Of a stretch of 64,000 bases of DNA, positions 50,748-62,362 are shown piece after piece (within the stretch, counting starts at the first letter, position 1; every line of letters begins with the position of its first letter). A program made the position numbers and the translations under genes. The DNA is taken from assembly GCF_009914755.1 (NCBI RefSeq), contig NC_060932.1; one strand, 5' to 3'. The notes below the pieces were generated by a model, which was not told where the DNA came from, did no database searches, and saw nothing but the letters and a program-made list of their open reading frames with translations. The DNA comes from the human T2T-CHM13v2.0 reference genome, Homo sapiens.

Positions 50748-51480
50748 TCCACGTGGCCTCCCTGAGTGTCTGTCTCCACGTGGCCTCCCTGAGTTACCTG
50801 TCTCCGACTGTCTGTGTCTCCACGTGGCCTCCCTGAGTGTCTGTCTTTTCATGAGGGCTCACTGAGCATCTGTCTCTCCACATGGCCTCCCTGAGTGTCT
50901 ATGTGTCCACGTGGCTTCCCTGAGTGTCTGTCTCTCCACGTGGCCCCCGAGTTACCTGTCTCTGAGTGTCTGTCTCTCCACATGGCCTCCCTGAGTGTCT
51001 GTCTCCATGTGGCCTCCCTGAGCATCTGTCTCTCCATGTGGCTTCCCTGAGTGTCTGTCACTCCGTGTGGCCTCCCTGAGGGTCTGTCTCTCTGTGTGGC
51101 CTCCCTAAGCGTCTGTCACTCCACATGGCCCCCTGATTACATATCTCTCCATGTGGCCTCCCTGAGTGTCTGTCTCTCTGTGTGGCCTCCCTGAGTGTCT
51201 GTCACTCTGTGTGGCCTCCCTGAGTGTCTCTCCACGTGGCTTCACTGAGTGTCTGTCACTCCACATGGCCTCCCTGAGTTACCTGTCTCTGAGTGTCTGT
51301 GTCTCCACAAGGCCTCCCTGAGCATCTGTCTCTCTGTGTGGCCTCCCTGAGCATCTGTCTCTCTGCGTGGCCTCCCTGAGTGTCCATGTCTCTATGTGGC
51401 TTCCCTGAGTGTCTGTCACTCTGTGTGGCCTCCCTGAGTGTCTCTCCACGTGGCCTCCCTGAGTGTCTGTCTCTCCACAT
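50748..51480. repeat. ~27-30-bp VNTR (CCA(C/T)GTGGCCTCCCTGAGTGTCTGTCTCT), roughly 23-25 imperfect copies
   Basis: Read directly; some units carry a GAGTTACCTGTCTCT extension. Confidence 0.93.
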
Positions 51481-51507
51481 GATGTTCTTTTTATAAAGAC
51501 ATCAGTT

Positions 51508-51804
51508 GGCTGGGAGCAGTGGCTCAGGCCTGTAATCTTGGACCTTTGGAAGGCTGAGGCAGGCAGATTGCTTGAGACCAGGAGTTTAAGTCCAGCCTGG
51601 CCAACATGGCGAAACCCCCTCTCTACAAAAAATACAAAAAATCAGCCAGGCATGGTGGCACATGCCTGTGATCCCAGCTGCTTGAGGGGCTGAGGCAGGA
51701 GAACAGCTTGAGCCCAAGAGGTCAAGGCTGCAGTGAGCCAAGATTGCGCCACTGTACTCCAGCCAGGGTACTAGAATGAGACCCTGTCTCAAAAAAAAAA
51801 AAAA
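51508..51804 (+). mobile_element. AluJ-like SINE
   Basis: GGCTGGGAGCAGTGGCTC...CTTGAGCCCAAGAGGTCAAGGCTGCAGTGAGCC...poly-A. Confidence 0.94.
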
Positions 51805-52050
51805 GATGGTCGCATTGCATTAGGGGCTTCCCCTACTCCAGCGTGACTCTATTTCCCATCTCAACTCTATTTCCAAATAGGGCCATGTTCTTAGGTACAG
51901 GGGTTGGGACTTCAACATATGCATCTTTGAGGGGCACAATTCACCCATAATCTCCCCTCTCGTGGGGTCCCCACACCTGCCCTTAGCTGGCCCAACGCTC
52001 ATCCCAGCCACCCCAAGAAGTGGGAGACATGCAAGCGGAAGCCTCTTCGC

Positions 52051-52142
52051 CTCCTTTCTTCCCTCCCTGTTCTAGAGGTGGCCATGGGAAGATCTTTCCC
52101 TCCTTTCTTCCCTCCCTGTTCTAGAGGTGGCCGTGGGAAGAT
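52051..52142. repeat. ~49-bp tandem duplication
   Basis: CTCCTTTCTTCCCTCCCTGTTCTAGAGGTGGCC(A/G)TGGGAAGAT x2. Confidence 0.85.
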
Positions 52143-53777
52143 GTGATGCCCGGAGATTGGCAGCCATTTTGCCCCCACAGTGGCACCCACCTGAGGAAAG
52201 GGGGAGGACAGATGGAAGCCCCAGGGGCCCCATGATATAGAGGAGCCGAGCTCCTCCTGAGACTGCCTCCCTCTGAGTTTCTTGGGAAGGGAAAAAAGCA
52301 CCCCAGGCCTCTGAGCTGAAGCCTTTCCTCCCTGACCTTCCGAAGAGGGTGCAGGGATGCCCAGGGCTCACGAGGTCTTGGGGACTTGGGCTTATGTCTA
52401 GGATTCTCCACTTGTGGCTATGTACCTTCAGGGAGGTCACCTCACTGCCCAGAGCCTCAGCTTCCTCCATGATGGGGCCCTCGTCTCTACCTCCAGGCTT
52501 CCAGGGTTCTGCAAAGCACACGGGTTAGCTGTGGGTCTTACACCACGGGTGGCTCATCAGGCACCACCTCCCCAGTGAACGTATGCATGGGGGCGGTGAA
52601 CCCCTCTGTGGCAGGTGGGGAGGCAGGGGTCAGATGGGGGTGGGTGCAGAGTTCACCAGCTGGCTCCGGCACTTACAGCTGGAGAGGGCCAGCCTCGGCT
52701 CTCCTTTCTGTAAGAGGGACAGATGACGGCTCCGGTGTTGGTGCTGTCAACACACACGGGGCACAAAGTGTCACCACTGTTGACACAGTGAGGGGACCCA
52801 GTGAGGACACGGGACCACCTCCGCTGAGGCCCTGCTGGCACAGTGGATGGGAAGAGAGGGCTACAGCCCAGCAGGGTCGGGGACTGCCTTGGAGGCTCAG
52901 GGCATTAGGGGTGGGGGTTTTGGTCATGTGACCCGGGCCCAGCTCCATCCTCCCCTGAGTCACTCTCAGGCTTCAGGGCTATGAGGACCCCCAGAATGTC
53001 ACTCCATGCCCCCCAGTGGGTCTGAGGCCTTCCTCTGAAATGCTCTGGCATAGGGTTGTGTGCCTCCTGCCCTCTGTCTACCCAGCTCCCAGGCTGGGCT
53101 GTGTCCTGGGGTACCCAGACCGGTCACCCCCCCCCCCCAGTGACCGCTGAAGCCCTGGTGGGGCTTGGATATCAAGGCCTGGGGTGTGGATACCCAAGAG
53201 GGGCCGAGGGCCTTCTTTGGATGCCCGGGGACTCTGTGCTGAGCGTGGCACAGGATGTTTTGTGGGGGAGTGCACGCTGTTGAGTGGTGGGCCTGAGACA
53301 GCTCGGGTTGGAAGAGAACATAGCCTGCCCTGACTTGCTGTCCATACCACTTGGAGCCTGACATGCACTGAGTGTGAGCAGGTGAGAGTGCAGAGCTGGT
53401 GAGCCCCACCTCCAGCCCCCACTCCTGTTGGCGCCTCGATCTCTCTGATTGCATTGATTTTCACTGCAGTGTTTATTAAACGCTTAATCTCCCTCCACCG
53501 AGAGCTCCCAGAGCTGGCTTGGCATCCCCTATTCCTATGGCTCACTAAGTCCAGATGAGAGCCTGGAGGGGAAGCTGGGGCAGTGGCCTGCACAGGCCCT
53601 GAAGTCCACACAGCCTCTGCTTTGGAGCAAGGGCTATGGGGATGGGGTGAAGGATTGGCTGGTGTGGGCAGGGTGCCAAGCCTAAAAGAGGGGTATGATA
53701 AATACTGGATGAATGGTGGCAGTTGATGCCCATCCTCAGGGTTTGACCAGCATATCCAGAGGCTCAGGGCCCAATCT

Positions 53778-53992
53778 GTGATCAGGGATTGGGACCAGTA
53801 TGTGCCCAGAGTCAGGGCTCAGTCAGTGATTAGGGATCAGGGCTCAGTCTGGGATCAGGGATCAGGACCAGTATGTGCCCAGAGTCAGGGCTCAGTCGGT
53901 GATCAGGGATCAGGACCAGTATGTGCCCAGAGTCAGAGCTCAGTCAGTGATCAGGGATCAGGATCAATATGTGCCCAGGACCAGGGCTCAGA
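53778..53992. repeat. Degenerate ~48-bp tandem repeat (GATCAGGGATCAGGACCAGTATGTGCCCAGAGTCAGGGCTCAGTC)
   Basis: About 4 imperfect copies read directly. Confidence 0.88.
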
Positions 53993-56236
53993 TGGTGATG
54001 AGAGATCAGAGGTTTCTAGGAACAGGGTCAGGCCTCAGCCAGGATGTTGTGGGGACTGGAAACAGGCTCTGGAGTGTTTTGTGCTGTTCCTGGCCCAGGA
54101 GGTTACATTCCCCAGGCAACACTCCCCCTCTTCTTCCCTTTCTGCCCGGTCAATCTTGAAGACTCTCCTCCAAGAACAAGTCCACAACTCGGGCCCTGCT
54201 GTGGTCAGAGTGCAAATGTTGGTGTCAATCCTGGTCCCTGGTCATGCATGACCTTGAGCAAGACACATGACCCCTCTGAGCCACGGTTCTTCCATGGAAT
54301 GGGACCATGCCTGGCCACTTCTGGTAATGGCCATGAGGACAGATGGAGACAGGGAGCAAAGTCAGTTTGGTCAGCACAGCTGCTGAGGAAACATCAGGAG
54401 AATGCACACCCAGGTTTACCATTTGAAGGGGTCTTGAAGACCCCAAGGGAACCCTGCCTCAGGAGCCCTGTAGCCCTAGCAGCTGCCCAGCTGGTGCCAC
54501 CTCGCCTCTCCCTGACCTGCATCTCTGCACAGTCCCCACAAGGTTGTTAGGAAAACCCGCCAATCATGCCTGGTTCTCACAAGGAGAGCTGTGAAAATGA
54601 GTGGTTGAAAATAGCCCGAAAATACCCCCAGCCCTGCCTCCTCCTCCTCTCCCAGAGAGGGCAGGGCTGGCAGAGAAGGGCACCTGCGGAGTGGGCCAGG
54701 CCACTTGGGTTACATAAGCTCAGCCTTGGCCTTGGGAGAAGGCTGAGGGATCAGCGTCAGTGCCAGGGCCAGGAGGAACCTGGGCATCACCTTGCCCCAC
54801 AGCCAAGGGTCCTTGCCCGGAGTGGGCCTGGGCCTCGCAGACTTTCCAGGGGCAGAGAGGACAGGGCAAGGGAAGTCCCCAGCACGCTTGGCCTTGAGTG
54901 CCCCCACTACGTGCTGGGGAGATGCCTTTCCTTCCTTCCCTCCCCAGCTGCCTGTGCCGGGTCCGGGAGCCCAAGACCAAGACCTGCCTGCTTCATGGCC
55001 TTGGCCAGTGCCTGCAACTCTCTGCGCCTTTCCCAGAGAGCACAGGGAAATGGCCCTGCCCAGCATCAGTGGGGCAGCCACCATCCCAGGCGGGGCTTGG
55101 CAGAGTACAAAGCAGGCCTGGACGCTGGCTCCCACTAAACCCAACCCACCCCCGCCTTACCTCTGCCCCGTCCCAGCCTGCAGGAACCCTCAAGAGGCAA
55201 GCCCTGCCCTGGCACCCATCCCCCGGGGCCCCCACAGGAAACACACACCCTGCGTGGGCTGCAGGGACCTCAGCCTTTCCAGGCCTGCATCTCCTGAGTG
55301 GCTTCCTTAATCTGTGAGAGGAGGCAGCTGTCCCGAGATTTGGGGCAACAATGTCCCATGAGTTCCCACCTCTTCTGAGTAAGGCCCTGGAGAAGACTTT
55401 TCCAAATGTGCCTGGGCTGAGGCTGGAGCAGGAGGGCCAAGGGCAGGCGCAGGGAGGAGTGCTGGGGTGAGGGCTGGAACAGGCTGGAGTCTGGTGGGGA
55501 CGCTGGATCCCTGCCCTTCCGGGGGAGCAGAGACTGGGGCATCCCTCAGCCAGCTAGCACAGGCTTCCCTCGGGGTTGGGTTGTACCAGGTGGGCCCATA
55601 GGGCTGTAGGGGGGTTAGGATGAGGGAGTGCACAGTGGATCCCTGGGAAATCGCAGTTCTGCAGCACTGGAGGCAGGTGGGGGTAGGGAGCTCAAGGTGC
55701 GGAGCAGAAGGGGGACCAGGTGTATGAGGTCAAGCCTCCACCTGTGCCTAGCATGCCTGCCAACCCAGAGGGAGGGAAGCAGGGCCGGGCTGAGTGAGTG
55801 CAGGCAGGAGAGCCAGAGCCGGGGGCGGGCCTGGGTGGGGAAGTGCACACGGAGGGCAGGCGGCCCCGGCTGCAGAGCGAGGACCACGGTCCAGACCAGG
55901 ACAACAGGTGCTCGTTTAATCATGAGACAGACTACCTAGGTAGGTCCTGTTGCTGCCTCCTCTTTACAGGCAAAACAGAGAAGGTGCAGGCGGAGTGAGC
56001 CACTGGTCTGAAGTTCACAGCCGGAGCAGGGAGGGGCCAGCACCCAGCCATTCCTTCCAAGGTGCCCCCAGGGTCCCTGGTGTGGGGAGGGGTGCTGGGT
56101 GGCACGACCTGGAGCCACAGGAGGTGCACTTGCTGGAGTCCAGCCAGTGACGAGTGTCACACACCCCCTGCCTGGGAACCCCACCTTGGAGGAAGCCTCA
56201 GGACCTGGGTGGAGGCGGACCGGCTGGGATGACCAC

Positions 56237-56432
56237 TCTCCAATACAGTAGCCACCAGCCACACGTAGCTATCTCACTGGAAATGGATTACAGTCAGTCA
56301 AATTAAAAATTCAGTTCCCCAGGCCACAAGCCACACTTCATGCCCTTGGTAGCCACTAAGGCCAGTGGTGGCCATGCTGGACGGCACAGACACAGAATGC
56401 TGCCACCATCACAGGCAGTTCCATGGACAGAG
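56237..56432 (-). mobile_element. MER3 (hAT-Charlie) MITE
   Basis: TCCAATACAGTAGCCACCAGCCACACGTAGCTAT...ATTAAAAATTCAGTTCC...CCATCACAGGCAGTTCCATGGACAG matches the MER3 reverse complement as recalled. Confidence 0.8.
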
Positions 56433-57814
56433 GCATCCAGAGATTGGCTCTGGACTCGGATGCCTGGGCCTAAGGGTTGGGCCTTCTCTGACCTTTGCTG
56501 GCCCCAGTCCAGGGGTGGGCTGTCCGGGACAGAGGCGAGGGGAGGCCAGGGAGGAAGAGAGGAAGGGGATGGGGGATGGGGGAAGGGAAAGGCAGCCTCC
56601 CTGGGTCCTCTCTGTCTTCCTGGAAACCTGGGTTGGTGGCAGCCAGGAGGCCACCTCCTCGCAACTCCTCCCCATGACTCAGGCCCTGAACTGGGATGGC
56701 TGGAGAGCAGAGCACGCCGGAGTCACCTCCATGGGTCCCCACGCTGCCTGGCCTGGGTGCAGGCTGAGAGCCACAGAGGGACTGCAGAATGTCACAGAAT
56801 TGAAGCTGGCTGTGCATCTGCCCGGGAGCCAGGTTGTGCCTTGTCTCTGTCCCCCATCTTGGGATGCAGAGCCCTGGGTGGAGGGACTGGCTGCTTTCCT
56901 CCTCTGAATCCAGGCAGCAGATGGGGCCTCTGGGCAGAGGAACTAGGGAGGGTCCTGGCCATGTTTGCCTTTGCTGGCTGATGGGTGTGCTGAGACAGAG
57001 GACCTGCAATGTGCCTGGGACACAGGAAGGGGCCATGCCTGCCAACCAGAAGACCAGGGAAGGCTTCCTGGAAAAGGAGGCCGGGTGCACCACACTGTTA
57101 GAACCTTGTTAACAGGAGCTTCTGCCCTCACTATCACTTGCTCTCTGACAGTCTCTTCTTTTCCCATCCTTCCTCAACATCTGCACAGTTTGGGGCACCT
57201 TCAGGCTGAGCTGGGGGTGGGAGGGGGGCCAGGATGCACCAGGACAGGCTGGGCAAGGGCAAGGCCTCGGGTCCTGTATGGCGGTAGGCAGGGGCTCCAA
57301 GGGTCCTGACTGGGAGGCTAACCTAGACTTGCTGCGTCCACAGTTAACTCCTCTGCATGTGAATCCCCTAAGTACTCGCCATTCTGGTCACCCCCACACA
57401 GAGGCCCTTCAGCCTGTGGCTGGCAAAGTCCATTGAGTACCTCGAGAGGACCAGGGGTCCCCTTCCTCCTGCGCCCCCATGCGACCTCAGCCCTAGGAAG
57501 CACTGGCTGATACAAAGTGCCCTCATTCTGCCCTGGGGGTCCCTGCAGACAGCTCTGGGGGACCATGAAACGGGAGTCACGGAGCTGGGTTGTAGACTGC
57601 CCTGGCTGCCCTGTGGCCTCAAACAAACACCCCCCTCCCTGAGGATGGGACAGTCCTATGTGAAAATGGCTGGACATACAGGACTTTGAGGCACACTTCC
57701 TGCTGCTCCACTCTGAGGCCTCATACCCCCCTTTCTGTTTCCCATCAATCAGGGACGCCTTAGTCTACACTTAGCCTTGGGACCAAAGCTCTGGATGTGT
57801 AAAGCGGCCATGGG

Positions 57815-59058
57815 ATCAGGGCTCACTCTGTACCAGGATGGAAGCTCGTGTGTGGCCAGAGCTCAGTGTGTGACCAGGATCAGGGCTCAGCGTGTGACCA
57901 AGCTCAGTGTACGACCAGGATCAGGGCTCGGCGTGTGACCAGGCTCAGTATACGACCAGGATCAGGGCTCAGCGTGTGACCAGAGCTCAGTGTGTGACCA
58001 GGATCAGGGCTCAGCATGTGACCAAGCTCAGTGTACGACCAGGATCAGGGCTCAGCATGTCACCAAGCTCAGTGTATGACCAGGATCAGGGCTCAGCATG
58101 TGACCAAGCTCAGTGTGTGACCAGGATCAGGGCTCAGTATGTGACCAAGCTCAGTGTGTGAGCAGGATCAGGGCTCAGCGTGTGACCAAGCTCAGTGTAC
58201 GACCAGGATCAGGGCTCAGCATGTCACCAAGCTCAGTGTATGACCAGGATCAGGGCTCAGCATGTGACTAAGCTCAGTGTGTGACCAGGATCAGGGCTCA
58301 GTATGTGACCAAGCTCAGTGTACGACCAGGATCAGGGCTCAGCATGTGACTAAGCTCAGTGTGTGACCAGGATCAGGGCTCAGCATGTGACTGAGTTCAG
58401 TGTGTGACCAGGATCAGGGTTCAGCGTGTGACCAGAGCTCAGTGTGTGACCAGGATCAGGGCTCAGCATGTCACCAAACTCAGTGTATGACAAGGATCAG
58501 GGCTCAGCATGTGACCAAGCTCAGTGTGTGACCAGGATCAGGGCTCAGCGTGTGACCCAGCTCAGTGTGTGACCAGGATCAGGGTTCAGCGTGTGACCAA
58601 GCTCAGTGTACGACCAGGATCAGGGCTCAGCATGTGACTAAGCTCAGTGTGTGACCAGGATCAGGGCTCAGCGTGTGACCAAGCTCAGTGTGTGACCAGG
58701 ATCAAGGCTCAGCGTGTGACCAAGCTCAGTGTACGACCAGGATCAGGGCTCAGCATGTGACTAAGCTCAGTGTGTGACCAGGATCAGGGCTCAGCGTGTG
58801 ACCAAGCTCAGTGTGTGACCAGGATCAGGGTTCAGCATGTGACTAAGCTCAGTGTACGACCAGGATCAGGGTTCAGCGTGTGACCAAGCTCAGTGTGTGA
58901 CCAGGATCAGGGTTCAGCGTGTGACCAAACTCAGTGTGTGACCAGGATCAGGGCTCAGCGTGTGACCAAACTCAGTGTGTGACCAGGATCAGGGTTCAGC
59001 ATGTGACCAAGCTCAGTGTGTGACCAGGATCAAGGTTCAGCGTGTGACCAAGGTCAGT
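57815..59058. repeat. 41-bp VNTR, ~30 copies, unit GTGTGTGACCAGGATCAGGGCTCAGC(G/A)TGTGAC(C/T)AAGCTCA
   Basis: A 41-nt period is read directly (e.g. ACCAAGCTCA at 58021 and 58062). Confidence 0.98.
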
Positions 59059-61194
59059 GGTCATTGATTCCAATGTCGGGGGCAGGGTCACAGCTGAGTG
59101 GCTGTGGCCAGGGATCATTTTGTGGCTATGGAGAACACTGAGAAGATACCATGGGTTACAATCCCTCTGGGCTGCGCGAGGAGGTTCTAGGGCCCAGCAT
59201 CCAGCTGGGTGTGGTCCCCAGCAGGGACCGTCAATTCCAGCCTCCCAGTGCTGGGCCCACCCTGGGTTCTTCAGGCTGTGGACAGGACCCTGAAAGGAAG
59301 CCGATCTGGGCGTGAGACATGCAGTGGCAGGCAGGGAGGGGGGTGAGCAGGTGAGGGGAAGGGAGTTCAGGGTGCACACTGAGGCAAGCCTCCTGAAAGC
59401 CAGTCGCCGGTTTAGGTTCTAGAATCCCGGAGTGTCTAGGCTGGAAGATACCTTCAAAGCCATTCAGACACACACGTGCCAACAGGGAGACGGGGCTGAG
59501 GTGGGGTGAGCGGGACTGCTTCCGGGCGCCCTGCTGGGAGCTGGTCTCGGTGGGCAGAACTCCTTACGCCTGACCTTCTCCCTCCCTGGGGAGGGGCTGA
59601 GGGCTGGGCCGGGGGTGGGAGGTGGAACCCTCTGATTCCTGGATCAGGAGCTGGGCTGAGAGGGCGATTTTCTAAAAGGGGCGAGTTGGGGAGGGAAGCA
59701 GAGAAGGCCCCATGCTGGGAGAGGAAAGGCCCTGCCGAGAAGCTGGGCCCAGACGGGAGACCGCATCACCCTGGATGGCCGCATTGGAGAAGGCCCCAGC
59801 CCTGAGAACCTGGGGCTGGATTCCCCAGTGGAGGCACCGGGATCGCTGCCACCCTCCGGGCTCCAAGGAGGAAGGCTGAGTCCTGACTCAGAGCTGCTGG
59901 CCTCCTGGCCTGACATCAGCCGCCCCCTGGTGGCCATGACTGCTGGTGCAGCGAGGAGACGGCAGGGCATCGCCGCCAGGACTGGGAGGAGGGGGTGCCG
60001 CTCCGCAGGGGATCCTCAGAGGCAGCCCGGGCACCCTGCCCTTTTGTCAACAATCCTGTCAAAGCCTTGGAGAAGAAGGCCTTTCCCCCAGGAGGAAGGA
60101 GGTGTGACACTGCCCAAGAGGTTGGACCGGGAAGCGGACTGCCCCCGCCCTTTCCTAGCTGCCCTGTGGCCTGTGTCTCTGGGCAACTTCTCACAGTCCC
60201 TGTGGACACCCCTAGGAGCCTTGGCCACAGATCAGCCTTGAGGAGGGGACTGATATGGACACAACAGTGTCCGGCGAGCTGTGCGCCATGCCCAGGGGCT
60301 CGGTGGGCTTGAGTTCCCTCGTCTCCTGGTGACCTGTGTTGACGGTGGTGACTGCCGTTGAGGGCCATGGGAGGACAGGGTGGGGTGGGTGCTGACATTC
60401 AGGTAGGGGTGGTGGTGGTCCTTGTGAATTCGTGTTGGTGGTGGCAGTGGTGGTACCCAGTGGAGACTGGCTGATGGGCTGACAGAAGCAGCCAGGCCGA
60501 CGGTGGGCCTGGGAAGCAGCAGCAGCGTGACCTGCTGAGATGCTTCAGTGTGCAGAGTGCTGGACATCCACACAAGGGGACTTGCACTCAGAGTGGACCA
60601 CACGTTGAGAGCTAGGAGAAAAGGGTTGAGGCAGAAGCATCTTGGTGGAGAAGGATCCCGCAGTCACTTCTCCAAGGTCCTTCCTTCTGGGAAGGCTCCC
60701 TCTGGGTACCTGTCCAGCGGTCCTGGAAGCAGAAGAGGGGCCGTGGATGATCCAAGGCAGCCGAAGCGGCCATCTCCATCAGCTGATGAAGAACGAAACC
60801 TGAATATGGGGCTGGGAGGTCCCCCATGTCATCAAGTCAAAGGAGGGCGGATGGTGACAATGGGAGGAAGTGCCTGGGGACAGCCACCCAGGGTCAGTGG
60901 TGGGTTCGACCTCACCTTCAAATCCATCTCCTGGCTCTTTCCCCAGCCACTCCCCTCAACATCTCTCAGCACAGGGTCCATGAGGAAGAACTGGACAAGC
61001 CCCCCCGAGCAGTTCAACTGGCCCTACCCAGTCCCCGCCCAGCCCCCACTCTCTGACCCTCTTGGATGGGGTCAGGAGTCTATGCCTCCACTCTCTCTCC
61101 TGCCCATCCCCCACTCAGCCCGCTCTCACCCCCATCCATGCCTGGTCCTTGCACCTGCACAGCCTTCAGCCAAGCAGACCTCCACTGGGTGCTG

Positions 61195-61470
61195 CCCATC
61201 CACTTACCCACCTATCCCGTCCATCCTCACCCATCTCTTCCCTCAATCCATCCTCACCCATCTCTTCCCTCAATCCCCATCGTCCTCCCGCCAGCTCTCC
61301 AGTCATCCGTCCATCCATCCGTCCACCCCACTTCCATCTACACCCACCAACTCATCCATCCGTCCACCGTCCATCCACCCACGCACCTGCATTGCCTAGG
61401 CACAACCCCTCACTTCCTTCCCTCCATTCATCTGTGTGTCCGTCCTGCCGTCCACCATCCATCATCCAGC
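61195..61470. repeat. CCAT/CCGT-rich low-complexity tract with a 27-bp duplication
   Basis: CCATCCTCACCCATCTCTTCCCTCAAT x2 at ~61221-61274, plus TCCATCC runs. Confidence 0.75.
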
Positions 61471-61569
61471 CAGCCAGTGGGGCCACTCCCCTGCTCCTGG
61501 AGAAGGCCGAGAGCAGGAACCCAACTCTTGGCTTCTCTGCTGCGCGGGGCAGGCACCGGGCTCTCCTAG

Positions 61570-61710
61570 GTGTGCGCGCGTGTGTGCATTTTATCCGCCC
61601 CCCCTTATCTCGCTCCCCTCCCCCCACGCCCCCGCCCCCCGCTAGCGCTCCCCCTCTAATGTGTGATCTGGAAGCTCTATAAAGCCTGATGTAATCCGTA
61701 ATGCAGTCTC
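61570..61710 (+). promoter_or_regulatory. ADGRB1: Core promoter of the plus-strand gene (probably ADGRB1/BAI1)
   Basis: GC boxes CCGCCC (~61595, ~61632), TATAAA at 61678-61683, and Inr-like GCAGT ~27 nt downstream, at the 5' edge of a CpG island. Confidence 0.65.
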
Positions 61711-62362
61711 TGGCTCCCGATTCGGGATCCAGTTTCAGAGAGCGAGAGATTGGGGAGCGCCGGCAGCCGGGTGGGGGGAAGCAGCTCTCGCCTCTCTCCT
61801 CCTCCTTCTCCTCGTCCTCGGCCTCCTCCTCCTCCCCGCGCCGCCCCGCCCCCGGCTCGGCTTGGCTCGCCCCCCCCCCCCCCCCGCCAGGAAGGGGAAA
61901 AAAGGCGAGAAGAGCCGGGCAGGCGAGAGGAGCGGAGCGGCGGCGGCGGCCGGAGAGGGAGCGGCGGGCGCAGGCGGCGGCGGCGGGCGCGGCGTTGGCG
62001 GCGGCCCCGGCGGAGCGAGCGCGGAGCCGGAGAGCCGGGAGCACAGGCGGCCGCGCCGCGTCCTGGCCCGGCCCGGGCCCGCGCGCCAGCATCGTCCGCA
62101 GCGCGGGCATCCGGACCCTCCGGGCGCCCGGGGGGCTCCAGCAGGCGCGGGGGAACGGGAGGGGGCCTGCGTGCGCCGGCGGGTGCTCTCCAGGGGGCGT
62201 CCCGGCGAGGCCCAGAGCGGGCCGGGGGCGGCGGCGGCTGGAGGAGCCCCCCCCACCTCCGGTCGGGCGCCCGGCTCAGCCGCCGGCGACGCGAGGCGCT
62301 CGCGGGGATTTGCAACTCGCCGGATCGAGTCCTCGCCGGCGGGGCCGCTGCTGCTGGGGAAG
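61705..62362 (+). other. ADGRB1: First (5' UTR) exon, probably ADGRB1 (adhesion GPCR B1/BAI1) exon 1
   Basis: GC-rich and GGC-rich leader with no internal ATG, ending at GGGGAAG|GTAAGG (strong donor, GT at 62363) and followed by G-run intron sequence. The 5' end is uncertain (anywhere ~61705-61910). Identity is inferred from divergent placement ~47 kb from the TSNARE1-like promoter; no coding sequence is present to confirm it. Confidence 0.7.

Larger units (their letters stand above)
50570..51950 (-). mobile_element. MLT1 (MLT1B/C-like) MaLR LTR, interrupted by a VNTR and an Alu
   Basis: GGTGTCAGCAGAGTTGGCTCCTTCTG...GGTTGCTGGCAATC...CTCTGCCTCCATC; resumes at TTATAAAGACATCAG and ATTAGGG...TATTTCCAAATAGG...GGACTTCAACATAT...CACAATTCACCCATAA. 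Confidence 0.85.
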
